The notes under the pieces were generated by a model. The model searched no databases. It was not told where the DNA came from and saw nothing but the letters and a program-made list of their open reading frames with translations. Shown piece by piece: positions 45,170 to 54,864 of a DNA stretch of 64,000 nucleotides. Both the position numbers and the translations under genes were made by a program. The first letter of the stretch is position 1, and each line of letters starts with the position of its first letter. Source of the stretch: Bacillota bacterium (GTDB lineage Bacteria; Sysuimicrobiota; Sysuimicrobiia; Sysuimicrobiales; Segetimicrobiaceae); the NCBI GenBank assembly GCA_021324295.1, contig JAJPJJ010000082.1, positions 13,092 through 77,091 on the forward strand, written 5' to 3'.

Positions 45170-45588
45170 ACCCCATCCCGTCGTGGGACGGCTCGGTGCC
45201 GCCGCCTGCCCCTGCTGTCGGCAGCCGGCATATGCCTTGCGGCTGCGCCTGCGTGGCGAGCGTCGGTGTCCCGCCTGTGCGAATCCCGCCAAATGGCGCG
45301 GGACCGCCCGGACTGGCCTGATCGAGGCTCCGCCTCTGCCATAGAGTCCGATCCTGCCGGCGGGAGGCGGTCAAGGCCCGCGCCCGGTCCGAGGCTCCAC
45401 GTCGGCTCGCGGGGGCGCGGATACCCGCGGGCACTCCCTCTCGCCGCTCGCATCGTGTCCCGCTGGCCCGGGATGCGCGCCTCCGCCGACCCCGTGCAAC
45501 GCGGCCACGGTGGGACCTTGCTCCGGGGCCGACGATGACGGGGAACTGCCGCGTCCCGCCGTCAAAGACCCGCCGGCCGCATCCTGGT

Positions 45589-45618
45589 TTGACATTTCGT
45601 TCGAATCTGATCTATATT
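45589..45618 (+). promoter_or_regulatory. Near-consensus sigma-70-type promoter upstream of the DeoR gene
   Basis: TTGACA (45589-45594), 18-nt spacer, TATATT (45613-45618), 12 nt before ATG 45631. The AT-rich context contrasts with the genome. Confidence 0.6.
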
Positions 45619-45630
45619 GATTGATAAGTT

Positions 45631-46413
45631 ATGAAAATGAGCATTCCTGCCGCGCGATTGGACCGGATCCGATCGCTCGTGGCCGAGCGCGGTATCGTCT
45701 CGGTGCGCGATCTCACGGAGGACCTCGGCGTGTCGGACGTGACCATCCGCCGCGACTTCGCGCTGCTCGAGCGTGAGGGCGTGCTGCGGCGCACCCGAGG
45801 CGGTGCGCTGTCGCCGGACCGGGTGGCGGCCAGCGTGCCCTACGACGAGCGACAGCACCTGCAGGCGGACGCCAAGGCGCAGATCGGCCGCGCGGCCGCC
45901 GCCCTCGTCGAGCCGGGCGACATCATCTTCCTCAGCAGCGGCACGACGTCCCTCGCGATGGCCCGCTACCTGGCCGATCGCGGGCGCCTGACGGTCATCA
46001 CCAACTCGGTGCACGCGGTCCCGGTGCTGATGGTCCAACCGGGCATCACGGTGATCTCGACCGGGGGGCGCGCCAGCGCGGACGGAGGGGGTCTGTCCGG
46101 CCCACTGGCAGAGGCGGCGGTGGCGCAGTGCCGCGCGCGCAAGGCGTTCATCGGCTGCTCCGGGATCAGCCGCGAGGGCGTCTCCAACGCGAGCCTGGAG
46201 CGCGCAGAGGTCGACCGGCGGATGATCGACAGGGCAGAGGAGGTCTACGTGCTGGCAGACCACACCAAGCTCGGCCGTGTGTCGCTGGCCATGGTCGCCG
46301 GTCTCGAGATGATCACCGCGGTCGTCACGGACGCGGCGGCGCCCCACGCCCAGATCGCGGCGCTCGCGGAGTCAGGCCTGAGGGTGATCGTGGCACCGCA
46401 GGCCGGGAGGTGA
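45631..46413 (+). CDS. DeoR/GlpR-family transcriptional regulator
   Basis: N-terminal HTH …RLDRIRSLVAERGIVSVRDLTEDLGVSDVTIRRDFALLEREG… plus a DeoR C-terminal sugar-phosphate-binding domain. Confidence 0.85.
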   Translation: MKMSIPAARLDRIRSLVAERGIVSVRDLTEDLGVSDVTIRRDFALLEREGVLRRTRGGALSPDRVAASVPYDERQHLQADAKAQIGRAAAALVEPGDIIFLSSGTTSLAMARYLADRGRLTVITNSVHAVPVLMVQPGITVISTGGRASADGGGLSGPLAEAAVAQCRARKAFIGCSGISREGVSNASLERAEVDRRMIDRAEEVYVLADHTKLGRVSLAMVAGLEMITAVVTDAAAPHAQIAALAESGLRVIVAPQAGR

Positions 46414-47576
46414 TGCTGGTCATGATGGCATCGAGGAGTCGCACGCTCGCGCTGGCGGGCGCGATCCTGGCGCTCGTCCTCTGTGGCCAGGGCGGGGCCG
46501 TTCCGCTCCTCGGCCGGGCCACGGCCGCGGCCCCGTTCGATCTTGCGGCGCTCGTCGCCGCAGCCAAGAAGGAGCCGCCTCTCGTCACCCTCAACAACTC
46601 CGGCGTCGTCAAGGACATCGTCGCCAACTTCACGGCCAAGTACGGCGTCAAGGCCGTCGGCACCAAAGCCGACAGCCTGACCCAGGTGCAGCAGGTGAGC
46701 CGCGAGGTCCAGTCGGGAAACGTGAAGCTCGGCGTGCTCTCGATCGAGGACGGTGCGCTGGTGCAGGGCCGGTTGATCCCGCAGCACTTCGTGGACAACT
46801 GGGTCCCGCCCGACATGCTCGACTCGATCCCCAAGAAGTGGCAGAACCCGCTGGTGCAGATCTGGGACGCCAAGGTCGTCGCCTACAACCCGACGTCGTA
46901 CGGCGCCTGCCCGATCACGAACATCTGGGATCTGACGGACCCCGCGTGGCGGGGCAAGGTGGCGCTGCGCGACCCGCTGGAGACCCCGGAGGAGATCACG
47001 TGGTTCTCGTGGCTCACGACGGAGGACAACGCCCGGAAGCTCGCGGCGGCCTACCAGCGACGCTACGGCAGCCCGCTCCAGACGAAGGAGAAGAACGCCG
47101 GCTACGACTTCATCGTTCGCCTCGCCGCGAACCAGCCGATCCTGACGAAGTCGGACGACGACTCCGCGAGCGCCGTCGGCGCTCCGGGACAGACGCAGCC
47201 GCCCGTTGGCATCATGTCCCTGGGGAAGTTCGCCGAGGCGCCCCCCAAGGGGCAGAAGCTGGCCCCGTGCAAGAGCGTCCTGCCGTGGATCGGCTACGCC
47301 TACCCGCGCTACGCCGTCATCGCTCACAACACGCCCTCGCCCAACGCCGCGAGGCTGTACGTGCACTACCTCATGACGGCGGAGGGCGCGGCGCCCACGA
47401 TCAACCAGCACGGCGGCTTCTCGGCGAACCTGGACGTCCCTCCGGGCCAGCACGAGTACCTCGGGTCCCACGCGTTCTGGGAGAAGAACCTCGTCTTTCT
47501 CGACCCGACCGGCAACGACCGCGCCTGGCAGATGCGGGACGCGCTCTCCGACCTGTGGCGGCTGAGCCGGCGGTAA
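46413..47576 (+). CDS. ABC transporter substrate-binding protein (family 1; Fe3+/thiamine-type)
   Basis: Signal peptide MLVMMASRSRTLALAGAILALVLC. ATGA-type overlap with the DeoR stop. FbpA/ThiB-like body. Confidence 0.75.
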   Translation: MLVMMASRSRTLALAGAILALVLCGQGGAVPLLGRATAAAPFDLAALVAAAKKEPPLVTLNNSGVVKDIVANFTAKYGVKAVGTKADSLTQVQQVSREVQSGNVKLGVLSIEDGALVQGRLIPQHFVDNWVPPDMLDSIPKKWQNPLVQIWDAKVVAYNPTSYGACPITNIWDLTDPAWRGKVALRDPLETPEEITWFSWLTTEDNARKLAAAYQRRYGSPLQTKEKNAGYDFIVRLAANQPILTKSDDDSASAVGAPGQTQPPVGIMSLGKFAEAPPKGQKLAPCKSVLPWIGYAYPRYAVIAHNTPSPNAARLYVHYLMTAEGAAPTINQHGGFSANLDVPPGQHEYLGSHAFWEKNLVFLDPTGNDRAWQMRDALSDLWRLSRR

Positions 47577-47586
47577 GCGGGCGCCC

Positions 47587-49410
47587 GTGAGCGGCGCGAT
47601 CGCCGCGCCCCGCGCCCCGTGGCGGGGCGCGCTCGTCTACCAGCTGCAGCGAGCGCGCTACGAGCCGACCGTCGCGCTCGGCGCCGTGTTGCTGGTCGTC
47701 CTCGCGTATCTCGTGGTCGTGCCGATCGGCGCCATCCTGTCGGACGCCGTGCGCGTGCAGCCCGGGGACGAGGCCAGGACCGGTCAGCCCGCCGGCCACG
47801 TCACCGCGTACTACCTGTGGCGGGCGTTCGGTTCCCCGGTCAGCCGGCTGCTGCTCTGGCGGCCGCTGCTCAACACGTGCGTCGTGGCCATTGGGGTCAC
47901 CCTGCTCGCCCTGATCCTCGGCGGGGTGCTCGCGTGGCTCGTGGTCCGCACTGACCTGCCGGGGCGAAAGTGGCTGGCGCCCCTCCTCGTGGTGCCGTAC
48001 ATGATGCCGTCGTGGACGTTTGCGCTCGCGTGGCTCACGGTCTTCAAGAACCGGGCGGTCGGCGGCCCGGCCGGCTTCCTCGAGACGATGGGGATCTCGC
48101 CGCCGAACTGGCTCGCCTACGGGACCGTGCCGATCGTCGTCACGCTCGGCGGCCACTACTTCCCGTTCGCCTTCCTGCTGCTCGGCAACGCGCTGCGGCG
48201 CTTCGACTCGCAGCTCGAAGAGTCGGCGTCCGTCCTCGGCGCCACCCGCTGGACCACCACCCGCCGGATCGTGGTCCCGCTGATGCTGCCGGCCGTCGCG
48301 TCGGCCGCGGTGCTGACCGCCTCGCGGGTCCTGGGCACGTTTGGCACCCCGTACATCCTCGGGCTGCCGGTCAACTACAGCGTGCTCTCGACATCGCTGT
48401 ACCAGAGCCTGCGCGGCGGCAGCACCGGGGTGATGGCGGTGTTGTCCGCGGTGATCATCGCGATCGGCGTCGCGATCGTCGCGGTGGACAGCTGGTTGCT
48501 GCGTGAGCAGCGCCGGTTTGTCACGGTCGGGTCGAAGGGCGCGATGCACCGGCGGACCCGCCTCCGCCGCTGGAGGATCCCGGCCGCGGCGCTCGCCGGC
48601 GCCGCCGTCGGCGCGACGGTGGTGATCCCGCTCGGCACGCTGACCCTGTCCACGATCATGCGCGTTCCGGGCCGCTTCGAGCCCGGCAACTTCACGGCGG
48701 AGTTCTGGATCGCGTCGCGGCTGCCGGCGTTCGTCGGCTACCCCACCGGCCTGTTGCGCGGCCCGGGCCTCGCCGCTGCGGCCTGGAACAGCTTCCGGAT
48801 CGTCGGCCTGGCGGCGCTGCTGAGCGGGGCGCTGGGGTTGTTCGTCGGCTACCTCGCCGTGCGCACGCAGGGCACGCGGCTGTCGATACTCCTGCGCCAG
48901 GCGTCGTTCCTGCCCTACCTGGTGCCGGGCATCGCGTTCGCCGCCGCGTACCTCTCGCTCTTCGCCGTCCGGCGCGGGCCCATCCCGGCGCTCTACGGGA
49001 CGCTGTCGCTGCTCGTCCTGGCCCTCACCGTCGCCTACCTGCCCTTCGCCTCGAGGGCCGGGATCGCGGCGATGATGCAACTGGGGCGCGAGCCCGAGGA
49101 GGCGGCGCAGGTCTGCGGCGCGCGCTGGTGGCAGCGCCTCTGGCGCATCGTGGCGCCGATCCAGCGGGGGGCCCTGGCGGCGGCGATGATCCTTCCGTTT
49201 ATCGCGGGGCTCAAAGAGCTCAGCATGATCATCATGCTCGCCACGCCGGGCACCGATGTGCTCACGACGCTCTCGATCCGTCTACAGGACTACGGGTACC
49301 CGCAGCTGGCCAACGCCGCGGTGCTGGTCATCGTCGCCCTCTCGTTCGTGGTCACCTATCTCGGCCAGCGCATCACCGGCACTAGCCTCGCGTCCGGGCT
49401 CGAGGGGTAG
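47587..49410 (+). CDS. ABC transporter permease, duplicated two-domain type (FbpB/ThiP-like)
   Basis: 607 aa with two internal permease repeats, each with an EAA-like loop. Confidence 0.8.
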   Translation: MSGAIAAPRAPWRGALVYQLQRARYEPTVALGAVLLVVLAYLVVVPIGAILSDAVRVQPGDEARTGQPAGHVTAYYLWRAFGSPVSRLLLWRPLLNTCVVAIGVTLLALILGGVLAWLVVRTDLPGRKWLAPLLVVPYMMPSWTFALAWLTVFKNRAVGGPAGFLETMGISPPNWLAYGTVPIVVTLGGHYFPFAFLLLGNALRRFDSQLEESASVLGATRWTTTRRIVVPLMLPAVASAAVLTASRVLGTFGTPYILGLPVNYSVLSTSLYQSLRGGSTGVMAVLSAVIIAIGVAIVAVDSWLLREQRRFVTVGSKGAMHRRTRLRRWRIPAAALAGAAVGATVVIPLGTLTLSTIMRVPGRFEPGNFTAEFWIASRLPAFVGYPTGLLRGPGLAAAAWNSFRIVGLAALLSGALGLFVGYLAVRTQGTRLSILLRQASFLPYLVPGIAFAAAYLSLFAVRRGPIPALYGTLSLLVLALTVAYLPFASRAGIAAMMQLGREPEEAAQVCGARWWQRLWRIVAPIQRGALAAAMILPFIAGLKELSMIIMLATPGTDVLTTLSIRLQDYGYPQLANAAVLVIVALSFVVTYLGQRITGTSLASGLEG

Positions 49411-49414
49411 GCGG

Positions 49415-50524
49415 ATGCCGCACATCGGACTCAGCCGCGTCAGCAAGCAGTTCCCGGGTGGCGTTCGGGCCGTCGAGGACCTGGACCTCATCATCCCCGA
49501 CGGCGCGTTCATGTGCCTGCTCGGTCCCTCTGGGTGCGGCAAGACGACGGTGCTCAGGATGATCGCCGGGCTCGAGCAGCCGAGCGCCGGGGAGATCAGC
49601 GTGGGTGGGCGGGTCTTTGACTCGGTCGCCCGGGGCTGCTTCGTCCCGTCCGAAGAGCGCGGGATCGGCCTGGTCTTCCAGAGCTACGCACTGTGGCCGC
49701 ACCTCACGGTCCGCGAGAACATCGAGTTCGGGCTGAGCGTGCGCGCCGTGCCCCGCGCCGAGCGACACGCCCGGGTGGCCGATGTGCTGCGCCTGCTCAA
49801 CATCGAGCCGGTGGCGGACCGCTATCCCTCGCAGATCAGCGGCGGCCAGCAGCAGCGGGTGGCGCTCGCGCGGATGCTGGTCGTGAGTCCGCAGGTGCTC
49901 CTGCTCGACGAGCCGCTGTCCAACCTCGACGCCCGCTTGCGTCTGGAGATGCGTGCGGAGCTGAAGCGCATCCACCAGACGCTGGGCAGCACGATCGTGT
50001 TCGTCACCCACGACCAGCTCGAGGCGATGACGCTGGGCACCGAGGTCGCGGTGATGAACGCCGGGCGCATCCTGCAGGTGGGGACGCCGATGGACATCTA
50101 CCACCGCCCGGCGAACCGCTTCGTCGCGGAGTTTGTGGGCAACCCGCCCATCAATATCGTGCCGGTGCGCGGCGCGGGCGCCGGCAGGCTGGGGGCGTCG
50201 CTGCACGAGTTTGCCCGCCGGCGGCTCGGCAGCGCCGCGGACGCGGCCTGGTGGATCGGGATCCGCCCGGAGGCCGTGCGGTTGGGCGGCGGTCACGGCG
50301 AGGACCGCTGGGTGCACCCGGCCCAGATCGAGACCGTCCTGCCCACCGGCCCGACATGGATCGCGGGCGCCCGCGTGCTCGACGCGACCCTCTTTGGGGT
50401 GTCCTTCGAGAAGATCGCCGCCGGGCCGGCCAGCTGCTCGGTGCGCGCGGAAGACCTCCACCTCTTCGCCGAGGACGGCAGCCGGCTGGAGGCGGCCCCG
50501 CGGCCATCGGAGGTCGGCGTGTGA
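49415..50524 (+). CDS. ABC transporter ATP-binding protein (PotA/FbpC-like)
   Basis: Walker A GPSGCGKTT, signature SGGQQQRVALAR, Walker B LLLDEPLS. Confidence 0.9.
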   Translation: MPHIGLSRVSKQFPGGVRAVEDLDLIIPDGAFMCLLGPSGCGKTTVLRMIAGLEQPSAGEISVGGRVFDSVARGCFVPSEERGIGLVFQSYALWPHLTVRENIEFGLSVRAVPRAERHARVADVLRLLNIEPVADRYPSQISGGQQQRVALARMLVVSPQVLLLDEPLSNLDARLRLEMRAELKRIHQTLGSTIVFVTHDQLEAMTLGTEVAVMNAGRILQVGTPMDIYHRPANRFVAEFVGNPPINIVPVRGAGAGRLGASLHEFARRRLGSAADAAWWIGIRPEAVRLGGGHGEDRWVHPAQIETVLPTGPTWIAGARVLDATLFGVSFEKIAAGPASCSVRAEDLHLFAEDGSRLEAAPRPSEVGV

Positions 50525-51282
50525 AAGCGCCCCGGGCGATCCTGCTAGACTTCGGCGGCGTCCTGGTCGATGTGATCCACCGCGATTGCGGGGTGAGGAC
50601 GGTCGCCGCCGAAGTCCATGACCTGCTGGCGTCCGCCGGCGCCGCTTTCGCAGGTCCGGATCGGATCGAGGCCGATATCCGCGCCGGGTGGGAGGCGTAC
50701 CGGCACTGGAAGCAGGCTCAGAACCGGCGGCCCTTCCCGCGGGAGATCCGACACCGTGAGTTCTGGGAGGAGCTCGTGGCGGGCGACTGGCCGCCCGCCC
50801 CGCGCGATGTGGTCGGCCGCCAGGCTTCGCGGCTGTGCCGGCGGCTGGACGTGCTCACCAAGGACCGGCCGCCGAAGGAAGGCGCCGTGGAGCTGCTCCG
50901 CGCCCTGGCGGGGAGGGGGCTGCCCCTCGGCATCGTCAGCAATGCCCTGGCCGGCGCCGGTACCCGGAGGCTCATGCGCCAGCACGGCTTCGAGCCGTAC
51001 GTGCGCGTGCAGACCTACTCGGACGAGGTGTGCATGCGCAAACCGAACCCCGACATCTTCAGGCGGACGGCCGAGGCTCTCGAGGTGCGCCTCGAGGACT
51101 GCTGGTACGTCGGCGACACGATCGACCGCGATGTGTTGGGCGCCCGGCGGGCCGGCGTCGGCCGGGTGCTGCTCATGCGGTCCAGCGAGACCGGGCCGCG
51201 CCTGGCCTCGGTCGGCGAGCCCGACGAGATCGTCCGCCGCCCGCTGGATATCCTCGAGCTGCTGGCCCAGACCGGGCGCTGA
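50521..51282 (+). CDS. HAD-superfamily hydrolase
   Basis: DFGGV motif I near the N-terminus (ILLDFGGVLVD), …GIVSNA… motif II region, …VGDTIDRDV… motif IV. GTG overlaps the upstream stop. Confidence 0.75.
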   Translation: MKAPRAILLDFGGVLVDVIHRDCGVRTVAAEVHDLLASAGAAFAGPDRIEADIRAGWEAYRHWKQAQNRRPFPREIRHREFWEELVAGDWPPAPRDVVGRQASRLCRRLDVLTKDRPPKEGAVELLRALAGRGLPLGIVSNALAGAGTRRLMRQHGFEPYVRVQTYSDEVCMRKPNPDIFRRTAEALEVRLEDCWYVGDTIDRDVLGARRAGVGRVLLMRSSETGPRLASVGEPDEIVRRPLDILELLAQTGR

Positions 51283-51299
51283 GCATCTGCGGGCGCGCC

Positions 51300-51857
51300 C
51301 TACTTCCTCGTTGGCACGCGCAGGCGACTGAGGCGGTCCGCCAGAGCGCGCATGCGGCGCCGGTATCTCAGCTCGGCCGCGATCACCTCTTCGATGTACG
51401 CGACGACCGGCCCCGCGATCGTCCCGCGGCCCTGCTCCTCGTGCTGCCAGATCACGTCGGCCGCCTGCCGCGCGAGCTCCCTCAAGGCCCCCTGCCGCTC
51501 CGGCCCGACCGCCCGCAGCACGGCCGCGCCGTGACCGCTGCCCCGCCGGCGCCCGGCGAGCGCCCCCACGCCGTGCGCGGCCGAGGCGACCAGCAGTTGG
51601 GTAACGACCACGGCGGCATAGAGGGCGATGAGCCCCTGCAGGCCGCCGATGAGGAGGAGCGACAGACGCGGCATCCTTTCAACCTGGTACCCCATCCGGT
51701 ACGCGAGCAGCGTGAGGAGCGGGTTGCCGAGGAGGAGGAGCGATCCAGCCACGATCAAGCGTGTCGGGAGAGGCCCCCGCAGCGCAACCGACCAGAGCCT
51801 GGCGGCAATCCTCGACGGCCCGGTGATCGGCGTGTTCACGAGGTTCATGGCCCGCAT
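51300..51857 (-). CDS. Hypothetical membrane protein
   Basis: Several hydrophobic helices. Divergent from the GH1 gene. Good codon bias. Confidence 0.5.
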   Translation of the reverse strand: MRAMNLVNTPITGPSRIAARLWSVALRGPLPTRLIVAGSLLLLGNPLLTLLAYRMGYQVERMPRLSLLLIGGLQGLIALYAAVVVTQLLVASAAHGVGALAGRRRGSGHGAAVLRAVGPERQGALRELARQAADVIWQHEEQGRGTIAGPVVAYIEEVIAAELRYRRRMRALADRLSRLRVPTRK

Positions 51858-52157
51858 CGCTCCGGCGCGTGTCCTTCCCCGGAAGGGTGCAGCTCCGCCC
51901 TTCTACGGTATGGCGCTTGCCCAAGCATAGGCACCGTGAGCTGTCGCTCCCGGGAAGAACGTCACTCCCTCCTTGTATGCTACCCAGCAGGCGTCCCCGA
52001 GGCCCCGCGCTCCCGCCTCCAGGGATCGGATGCGGGGGATCGTTTCGATATTGTCCGGCTGCAACGGGAGTCCTTGTGGGCGCGCGCTGCCGACGCTCGC
52101 GGGGCGGGAGGGGCCGCCGCGACCGGTACGCGCGAGGGTGCGGCGGTGCGTCATCGA

Positions 52158-53489
52158 ATGGTCACCTCGGCCATGGCCGAGCGACGCTTCCCATCGGACT
52201 TCCGCTGGGGCACCGCGACCAGCAGCCACCAGGTCGAGGGCGGCAACGTCCGCAACGACTGGTGGCTGTTCGAGCAGCAGCCCGGGCGCATCAAAGGCGG
52301 CGACCGGTCCGGCCTGGCGTGCGACTGGTGGCGGAACGCGGAGGCCGACTTCGACCGGATGGCTGCGCTCCACCAGAACGCCCACCGGCTGTCGCTGGAG
52401 TGGAGCCGCCTGGAGCCCGAGGAGGGTCGGTGGGACGACGCCGCGGTCGCGCGGTACCGTCAGATGCTGCACGGGCTCCGCTCGCGCGCGATCGAGCCGG
52501 TGGTGACGCTGCAGCACTTCACCCTTCCGCGGTGGGCCGCCGCCGGCGGTGGGTGGGAGAGTCCCCGGATCGTCGGCTGGTTCGCCGGGTACGCCCGCCG
52601 CTGCGCCGAGTGCTTCGGCGACCTCGCCGAGGCGTGGGTGCCGATCAACGAGCCCAATGTCGTGGTGACGCTCGGGTACATCATGGGGCGGTTCCCGCCG
52701 GCGGCGCACAACATCCTGCGGGCGCCGCGCGTCACACGGCACCTGCTGCGCGCACACGCCGCCGCGTACCGCGCGATCCATGCGGTGGGGCCGCGCGCCC
52801 GGGTCGGCACGGCGCACAACATCCGCATCCTCGACCCCGGGCCGGCGCCGTCGCGCCTGGCCGCGGCGCTGGACCGCCGGGCCGCCGATGCGAACTCGTG
52901 GGCGTTCAACTGGGTCTGGCTCGACGTGCTCTCCGGCCGCGCGGCGCACCGCGTGCGGCGGATCGGCCAGGTCGAGGAGTGCGCCGGCACCGTGGATTTC
53001 ATCGGCGTCAACTACTATACGCGGGAGCACGTTCGGTTCGACCCGTGGCGCCCGCAGGGCGGCTTCCTGCGCAGCCTGCGCGTCCCCGGCGAGGCGCGCA
53101 GCGACGGCGACTACGGCGAGGTCTACCCAGAGGGCCTGCGGCGCGTGCTCCTCGACGTGTGGCAGCGGTACCGGCGGCCGATCTACGTCACGGAGAACGG
53201 GCTGCCCGACGCGGACGACGATCTCCGGCCCCGTTTCCTCTACGACCACCTCGCCGCGCTGCACGCCGCCCTGGAGGCCGGGGTCGAGGTCAGGGGCTAT
53301 TATCACTGGTCGCTCATCGACAACTTCGAGTGGACGGACGGATGGGCGCTGAAGTTCGGCTTGATCGCGGTGGATCCGGCGACGCAGCGCCGCACGGAGC
53401 GCCCCAGCGCGCGGCTGTACGCCGAGATCTGCCGCTCCGGGGCGCTGCCGGGGGCAGACGTCCTCCGCGAGTTCGCCCAGCGCCCGTAG
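52158..53489 (+). CDS. GH1 beta-glucosidase
   Basis: …FRWGTATSSHQVEGG… N-terminal motif, …TENG… nucleophile region (IYVTENGLPD), …WSLIDNFEW…. Confidence 0.9.
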   Translation: MVTSAMAERRFPSDFRWGTATSSHQVEGGNVRNDWWLFEQQPGRIKGGDRSGLACDWWRNAEADFDRMAALHQNAHRLSLEWSRLEPEEGRWDDAAVARYRQMLHGLRSRAIEPVVTLQHFTLPRWAAAGGGWESPRIVGWFAGYARRCAECFGDLAEAWVPINEPNVVVTLGYIMGRFPPAAHNILRAPRVTRHLLRAHAAAYRAIHAVGPRARVGTAHNIRILDPGPAPSRLAAALDRRAADANSWAFNWVWLDVLSGRAAHRVRRIGQVEECAGTVDFIGVNYYTREHVRFDPWRPQGGFLRSLRVPGEARSDGDYGEVYPEGLRRVLLDVWQRYRRPIYVTENGLPDADDDLRPRFLYDHLAALHAALEAGVEVRGYYHWSLIDNFEWTDGWALKFGLIAVDPATQRRTERPSARLYAEICRSGALPGADVLREFAQRP

Positions 53490-53659
53490 CCCTGCGACCC
53501 GAGCGCCGGCTCACACACCGAGGCGCCCTGGTTTCAAAAAGAGGACCGCCCCGCAGACAGACGCAATTCCTGGATGACCGGACCATTCGGTCGTGCGGTC
53601 CGACAGGACCGGGCGTGGCCCGGAGGTGTCGGTCGGAGTCGGACGAGAGGAGGGCCCGC

Positions 53660-54862
53660 ATGGAGGAGGAAACGCGGCGTATCAGCAGGAGGAGCTTCCT
53701 GAGGTGCGCGGCCGGCGCGGCGGTGGCGGGGGGCCTCGTATCGAGGCGACCCTGGGCCTCGGTCGCGAGCGCGGCGGCCGCGGCGCGGGGAACCATCAAC
53801 TTCGCCGATGTCGGCGTGGGAGACCCCGGGGGAGACTGGTCGAAGTTCACGGGTCCGTCGGGCTGGGGCGTCAACCTGGTGGCCATCGGCAATGCGCCGG
53901 CACAGATCCTCAACGTCCTGATCGCCGGCGGGGGCACGCGCACCTATGATATCGCCAACGTTGTCGGCGGCATGCAGAAGCCCCTCGTCGAGAACCAGGT
54001 GATCGTTCCCATCGACCCGACGCGGATCCCCAACTGGTCGAAGGATACCTATATCCGGGACTTTCTCGCGCCGGGGAAGCCGGGGTTCGACTTCATCGGG
54101 TACAAGGGGAAGATCTACGGCGTCCCGAGCATCCTGCAGGGCGACTCGTTCGCCTACCTGCCGGACGTCACCGGCCCGCTCGACTCCTACGGCGCCCTCT
54201 TCGACCCCAAGTGGCGTGGCTACGTCGCCCTGGAGGACAACTACACGACGGCCGGGCAGAAGACCGCGCTGTACATGAAGACGCACAAGCTGGCGACGAT
54301 CGGGGATCCCGCCGACATGACCCCGGGCGAGATCAAGACCGTCGTGGATTTCCTCATCGAGAAGAAGCGGGAGGGACAGTTCCGCGTCATCTGGTCGAGC
54401 TTCGAGCAGGCCGTCGATCTCCTGGTGCGCCGCGAGGTCTACGTCGAGGACGCCTGGGAGCCTATGGTCTTCGCCGCCCGAAAGCGCGGGATCAAGGCGG
54501 ACTACGCTCGGCCCAAGGAAGGCTACCTCCTGTGGGCGATGGCGGCGTACCTGATCCGGAACCCCGCCCGGCCGCCCGAGCGCGAGCGGGCGGACTACGA
54601 GCTGCTGAACTTCATCCTCGGCCCCTGGTATGGGGCCAAGATCAGCCTCCTGCGAGGGTACATGACGAACCCGGAGGCGGTGAGTTACGCGAAGGCCCAC
54701 CCGGCCGAGTTCACCGCGGCGCAGGCGAACGAGGTCGCCCGCACCCACGCCAACGTCAAGAGCAAGTTCCAACTGGGGGGCACCTGGCAGAACCGCTGGC
54801 CGACCCACGTCGACGAGTACGAGGCACAATGGGCACGGTTCAAGGCGGCGCCGTCCAAGTAG
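53660..54862 (+). CDS. ABC transporter substrate-binding protein (PotD/spermidine-putrescine-like), Tat signal
   Basis: MEEETRRISRRSFLRCAAGAAVAGGLV… signal. SD gagaggaggg upstream. Confidence 0.8.
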   Translation: MEEETRRISRRSFLRCAAGAAVAGGLVSRRPWASVASAAAAARGTINFADVGVGDPGGDWSKFTGPSGWGVNLVAIGNAPAQILNVLIAGGGTRTYDIANVVGGMQKPLVENQVIVPIDPTRIPNWSKDTYIRDFLAPGKPGFDFIGYKGKIYGVPSILQGDSFAYLPDVTGPLDSYGALFDPKWRGYVALEDNYTTAGQKTALYMKTHKLATIGDPADMTPGEIKTVVDFLIEKKREGQFRVIWSSFEQAVDLLVRREVYVEDAWEPMVFAARKRGIKADYARPKEGYLLWAMAAYLIRNPARPPERERADYELLNFILGPWYGAKISLLRGYMTNPEAVSYAKAHPAEFTAAQANEVARTHANVKSKFQLGGTWQNRWPTHVDEYEAQWARFKAAPSK

Positions 54863-54864
54863 GG

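Noticed and set aside
45266-45538. 90-aa plus-strand ORF in the gap upstream of the DeoR promoter
   Set aside because: Poor codon periodicity, Arg/Pro-rich, no start context. More likely non-coding.
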